Source: Candidatus Eiseniibacteriota bacterium
GTDB taxonomy: Bacteria > Eisenbacteria > RBG-16-71-46
Reading direction: 5' to 3'
Length of the DNA: 64,000 bases
Assembly: GCA_963707915.1 (NCBI GenBank)
Contig: OY970178.1
Location: forward strand, 2,080,001-2,144,000
Below are positions 60,438 through 64,000 of the stretch, piece after piece. Under the pieces are notes generated by a model that was not told where the DNA came from, did no database searches, and saw only the letters and a program-made list of their open reading frames with translations. Positions within the stretch are counted from its first letter, which is position 1. Every line of letters starts with the position of its first letter. Both the position numbers and the translations under genes were made by a program.

Positions 60438-61328
60438 TCAACGCGCACCTCCGCCGCTCCCCGCGCTGGCGAGCGCCGGCATCGCGTTGACGAGCTCCGA
60501 CCCGATGCCCAGCTTCGCGGGCGAGACGCCGAGCGCCAGCCCGATCAGCTGCGTGAAGTAGAGCACCGGCACGTTGAGGTTCGTCCCGAACTCGCTGTTG
60601 ACCTGCTTCTGGTAGCACTCGAGGTTGACCTGGCAGAGCGGACAGGCGGTGGCGATGATCGCCGCCCCGGACTGCACCGCGTTCTCCAGCAGGTTCCGCA
60701 CCAGGCTGAGCGCGGCCTCGCGGTTGGTGATCAGCAGCGCCCCCCCGCAGCAGCGCAGCTTGAGCCGGTATTCGACCGGCTCCGCGCCGACCGCGGTCAT
60801 CAGGTCCTCGAAGAACCGCGGCGACTCGACGTCCTCGTGGTCCTTCCGGGGCCGCAGGATCTGGCAGCCGTAGTAGGGCGCCACCTTGAGCCCGGCCAGC
60901 GGCCGGCGCACGCGCTTCTTGATCTCCTCGAGGCCGACGTCCTTCACCAGCACGTCGATCAGGTGACGCACCTCGGAGGTCCCCTCGAACCTCAGGTCGT
61001 CCTCGGCCAGGGCCTCGTTGATGTGCTCCTTCAGGTCCGGCTCGTGCGTCAGGTGCTTGCGTGCCGAGTACATGTTCTTGTAGCAGCCGCTGCACGGCGC
61101 GACGACGTCCAGCTTGGTCCGCTCCGCGATCGCCAGGTTGCGCGCCGAGAGCGTGTTCGCCAGCAGCTCGTCGATGTTGAAGTAGGTGGTCGCGCCGCAG
61201 CAGTTCCAGTCCTCGAGCTCCTGGAGCTCGACGTCGAGGGCGCGCGTCGTCTCCAACGCGGACTCGTGGTAGCTCCTCGCCATCTTCTCCAGCGAGCATC
61301 CCGGGAAGTACGCGTACTTCCTGGTCAT
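60438..61328 (-). CDS. hdrB: Heterodisulfide reductase subunit B-like (CCG domains)
   Basis: PGCS...NCCGA...CSGC; YGC...CCGG...ACPLC. Confidence 0.88.
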   Translation of the reverse strand: MTRKYAYFPGCSLEKMARSYHESALETTRALDVELQELEDWNCCGATTYFNIDELLANTLSARNLAIAERTKLDVVAPCSGCYKNMYSARKHLTHEPDLKEHINEALAEDDLRFEGTSEVRHLIDVLVKDVGLEEIKKRVRRPLAGLKVAPYYGCQILRPRKDHEDVESPRFFEDLMTAVGAEPVEYRLKLRCCGGALLITNREAALSLVRNLLENAVQSGAAIIATACPLCQVNLECYQKQVNSEFGTNLNVPVLYFTQLIGLALGVSPAKLGIGSELVNAMPALASAGSGGGAR

Positions 61329-61906
61329 CTCTCCTCCACCGGGACGATCTTCCGGACCATCCGTTTGAAGTTCTCCAGCCGCTTGATCCGCGGCGGCAGC
61401 ACCGGCATGCGGCCCTTCAGCATCAGGCCGGTGGCGGTCGCCGCCTCCTGCAGCATGTCCTGGAAGCCGAAGGAGAACAGGTAGGTCGTCGCCAGCACCG
61501 GCTCGTAGGACCGGCCGCTCTTCATGATGGTCTGGATGAACGTCTCCGAGAACGTCGGGCCGATCAGGTCCTTGCCGTACTCGCTGTGCCAGATCGAGTA
61601 GCGCTTGAGCGCGTACATCAGCTCGGCGATGTCGATCCCCCGCGGGCACCGCACCGTGCACATGTAGCACGACGCGCAATACCAGTAGGTGTTCGCCCGG
61701 AGCGTCTCTTCCTTCCGGTTCGCCCGGATCATCGCGATGATCCGCCGCGGCGTGTGGCTCATGAAGCCGCCGGAGGCCACCGGGCAGGACCCGGAACAGG
61801 TCCCGCACTGGATGCAGGTGTTCACCGGGTTGCCGGTGGAGGCGTGGAGGAGGTTGTCGACCTCCCCGATGAAGTCCAGCCGCTTCTCCATGGTCCCCGT
61901 GCTCAT
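61325..61906 (-). CDS. hdrC: Heterodisulfide reductase subunit C-like (2x4Fe-4S)
   Basis: CIQCGTCSGSCP and CASCYMCTVRCP. Confidence 0.88.
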   Translation of the reverse strand: MSTGTMEKRLDFIGEVDNLLHASTGNPVNTCIQCGTCSGSCPVASGGFMSHTPRRIIAMIRANRKEETLRANTYWYCASCYMCTVRCPRGIDIAELMYALKRYSIWHSEYGKDLIGPTFSETFIQTIMKSGRSYEPVLATTYLFSFGFQDMLQEAATATGLMLKGRMPVLPPRIKRLENFKRMVRKIVPVEER

Positions 61907-62325
61907 TTCTTCTCGCTTGCCTTCGCGGCCGACGCCTTCAGCAGCGCCTCGATCCGCTCCAGGAGCAACCGCGGCTCGACCGGCTTCTCCATCAACTCGT
62001 CCACCTCGACGAAGTGCGGGTGGAGCGCCTGGCTGCCGAACAGGAAGGCGATCTGCTCGCGGATGCCGGTCATGATCAGGACGGGGATCTCGCGCAGCTT
62101 GGGGTCCCGGCTCATCTTGCGCGCGATCATGACGCCCTCGGCGCCGCGCCCCATCATGATGTCGAGCAGCAGGAGGTCGTACTTCTTCTTCTGCAGCGCC
62201 GCGAGGCCGTCCTTCGGGTTGTGGGCGACGTCGACATCGTACTTCGCGGCCGTCAGGATGGACTTGATGCCATCGACGAAATCGGGATCGTCGTCGATCA
62301 TCAGCAGTTGCTTGCGATCGCTCAT
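61903..62325 (-). CDS. Single-domain response regulator
   Basis: IDDD, LLDIMM, KP. Confidence 0.88.
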   Translation of the reverse strand: MSDRKQLLMIDDDPDFVDGIKSILTAAKYDVDVAHNPKDGLAALQKKKYDLLLLDIMMGRGAEGVMIARKMSRDPKLREIPVLIMTGIREQIAFLFGSQALHPHFVEVDELMEKPVEPRLLLERIEALLKASAAKASEKK

Positions 62326-63485
62326 CGCTGGTCTCCGGGATCACGGGTGGTTGGGGCAGCCGGGGCCTCGCCGGCCGGGCGGGTGCTTTCTGCGGTATGC
62401 ACAGGCAGGCGGACGGTGAACGTCGTCCCCCTGCCGATCTCACTCTCGACCGAGATGGTGCCGTGGTGGGCCTCGATGATCCGGCGCGTGAGCGCCAGGC
62501 CCAGCCCGCATCCCGCCTCGGCGTCGGGACCGAGCTTGCCACGGTAGAACGCGTCGAAGACGGAGGGCACGTCCTCCGCCGCGATGCCGATGCCGGTGTC
62601 GGCGACCGCGACCACGACCTGGCCGGCCTCCACCGCGGCGCTCACGGTCACGCGACCCCCCGGGTGCGTGTACTTGACGGCGTTGCCGACCAGGTTGACC
62701 AGCGCCTCGGTCAGGATGGTCTCGTCACCGAGCACCGGCGGCAGCGACCCGGGGGCGGCGTCGGTGATGGTGATGTCCTTGCGGGTCGCGTGCGGCTGCA
62801 CGCTCTCGATCGCGCGGGAGATCGCCGACCGGACCGACACGGGGACGAACTCGCCGCCGATCCCCGCCGCGGGGACCGACACCGCCCGCAGCCAGCTCTG
62901 GATCATCTTGAGCAGGTCGGCGATGCGGACCTTGAGGCGTTCGAGACGCTCCTTCTGCGGCCCGCCGAGCACGGGCTCCAGCTCGGCGGTGAGCACGAAC
63001 AGGTTCTGCTGGACCGCGCTCAGCGGCGAGCGCAGCTCGTGGGAGATGATCGCCGCGAAGTTCTGCTGCAGCATCTCCTTCTCCCGGCGCAGCGAGATGG
63101 CCTCCAGCACCAGGCGCCGGCGCTCGACGCCGCGCTGGACGATCAGGCGGAGCTCGTCGGGCGTGAAGGGCTTGGGCAGGAAGTCGAAGGCCCCGCGCTT
63201 CATCGCCTCGACCGCGGACTCCACCGTCGAGTAGCCGGTGATGACGATGGTCACGATCGTCGGGTCGACCCCACGCATGCCCTCCAGCACCTCGAATCCG
63301 GAGATGCCCGGCATCATCAGGTCCACCAGGACCAGGTCCGGGGCGAACTCCGCCGCCCGCTTCAGGCCCTCGGTCCCGTCCGGGGCGGTGACGATCTCGT
63401 AGCCCCCGCCCTCCAGCACCGCGAGGCAGGAATCGAGGACGATCTCCTCGTCGTCGATGATCAGGATCCGGCTGGGCTTGTCCAC
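62322..63485 (-). CDS. Hybrid receiver-histidine kinase
   Basis: IIDDE...DLMMP...KPF; SHELRSPL; N box, DTGIG, GLGLA. Confidence 0.9.
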   Translation of the reverse strand: MDKPSRILIIDDEEIVLDSCLAVLEGGGYEIVTAPDGTEGLKRAAEFAPDLVLVDLMMPGISGFEVLEGMRGVDPTIVTIVITGYSTVESAVEAMKRGAFDFLPKPFTPDELRLIVQRGVERRRLVLEAISLRREKEMLQQNFAAIISHELRSPLSAVQQNLFVLTAELEPVLGGPQKERLERLKVRIADLLKMIQSWLRAVSVPAAGIGGEFVPVSVRSAISRAIESVQPHATRKDITITDAAPGSLPPVLGDETILTEALVNLVGNAVKYTHPGGRVTVSAAVEAGQVVVAVADTGIGIAAEDVPSVFDAFYRGKLGPDAEAGCGLGLALTRRIIEAHHGTISVESEIGRGTTFTVRLPVHTAESTRPAGEAPAAPTTRDPGDQR

Positions 63486-63487
63486 GT

Positions 63488-64000
63488 CTACGCCGCCTCC
63501 TCCAGCGACACCGGCAGGCGCACCACGAACGTGGTGCCCTCGCCGACCTTGCTCTCGACCGCGATGGTCCCGCGGTGCTCCTTGACGATCCCGTAGCTGA
63601 TCGCCAGTCCCAGCCCTGTCCCGCGGCGGGCCCCCTTGGTGGTGAAGAACGGGTCGAAGATCCGCTCCAGGTCCGCCTCCTTGATGCCGCACCCGGTGTC
63701 GGCGAACTCGAACTCGACGAAGCGGCCCGACGCGTCCACCCGCGTGGTCAGGGTCAGGCGGCCGTCCGCCGGCGTCGCCTCCGCCGCGTTGATGATCAGG
63801 TTCATGAACACCTGCTGCATCTGCGAGGGGTCCATCGGCACCGGCGGCAGGTCCTCGCCGAACCGGCGCACCAGCTCGATGTTGCGGAACAGCGGCTGGT
63901 TGGCCACCAGCGCGACGCACTCCTGCAGCACGGTGTTCACGTTGCACGGGCGCTCGTCGGGCTTGCTCTGGCGCGAGAAGTCCAGCAGCCCGCGGACGAT
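63488..64000 (-). CDS. Sensor histidine kinase (3' part)
   Basis: NLIINA, DTGCG, FDPFFTTK, GTGLGL. Confidence 0.88.
   Translation of the reverse strand: MVRGLLDFSRQSKPDERPCNVNTVLQECVALVANQPLFRNIELVRRFGEDLPPVPMDPSQMQQVFMNLIINAAEATPADGRLTLTTRVDASGRFVEFEFADTGCGIKEADLERIFDPFFTTKGARRGTGLGLAISYGIVKEHRGTIAVESKVGEGTTFVVRLPVSLEEAA

Overview
A very GC-rich bacterial window from a diderm organism; the T9SS-like C-terminal domain, PorT-like barrel, TonB receptor and GT9/GT2 genes suggest an FCB-associated lineage such as Eisenbacteria (inference). The main feature is an ~11.5 kb island (1684-12778) between two near-identical ~422-bp direct repeats (1261-1683 and 12779-13200), which duplicate the upstream region and 5' end of an NTF2/DUF4440-type gene. 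The island holds a translationally coupled minus-strand operon: a 7-repeat beta-propeller protein with a T9SS/FlgD-type C-terminal domain, a signal-peptide-bearing teneurin-like YD/Rhs toxin, and a probable immunity gene. A 1218-bp IS3-family element with a GGGG target duplication splits the toxin gene; removing it restores a 2367-aa ORF. The rest is core-like: NUDIX hydrolase, M50 protease, a xanthine-dehydrogenase-family operon, oppABC, an atypical LuxR regulator, tag, GSIII, DPP III, glycosyltransferases, rhomboid, a Cys-rich Spy/CpxP protein, TPP riboswitch + SSS + TonB receptor, TetR-TolC-MFP-RND, mutY, moaA, murB, an ABC-2 exporter and a two-component/hdrCB/[NiFe]-hydrogenase cluster. 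A SelW/Rdx selenoprotein with UGA and SECIS is missing from the ORF track. Two families of hairpin repeats with conserved loops and variable stems occur at several sites. All family assignments come from motif recognition by eye; no database searches were run.
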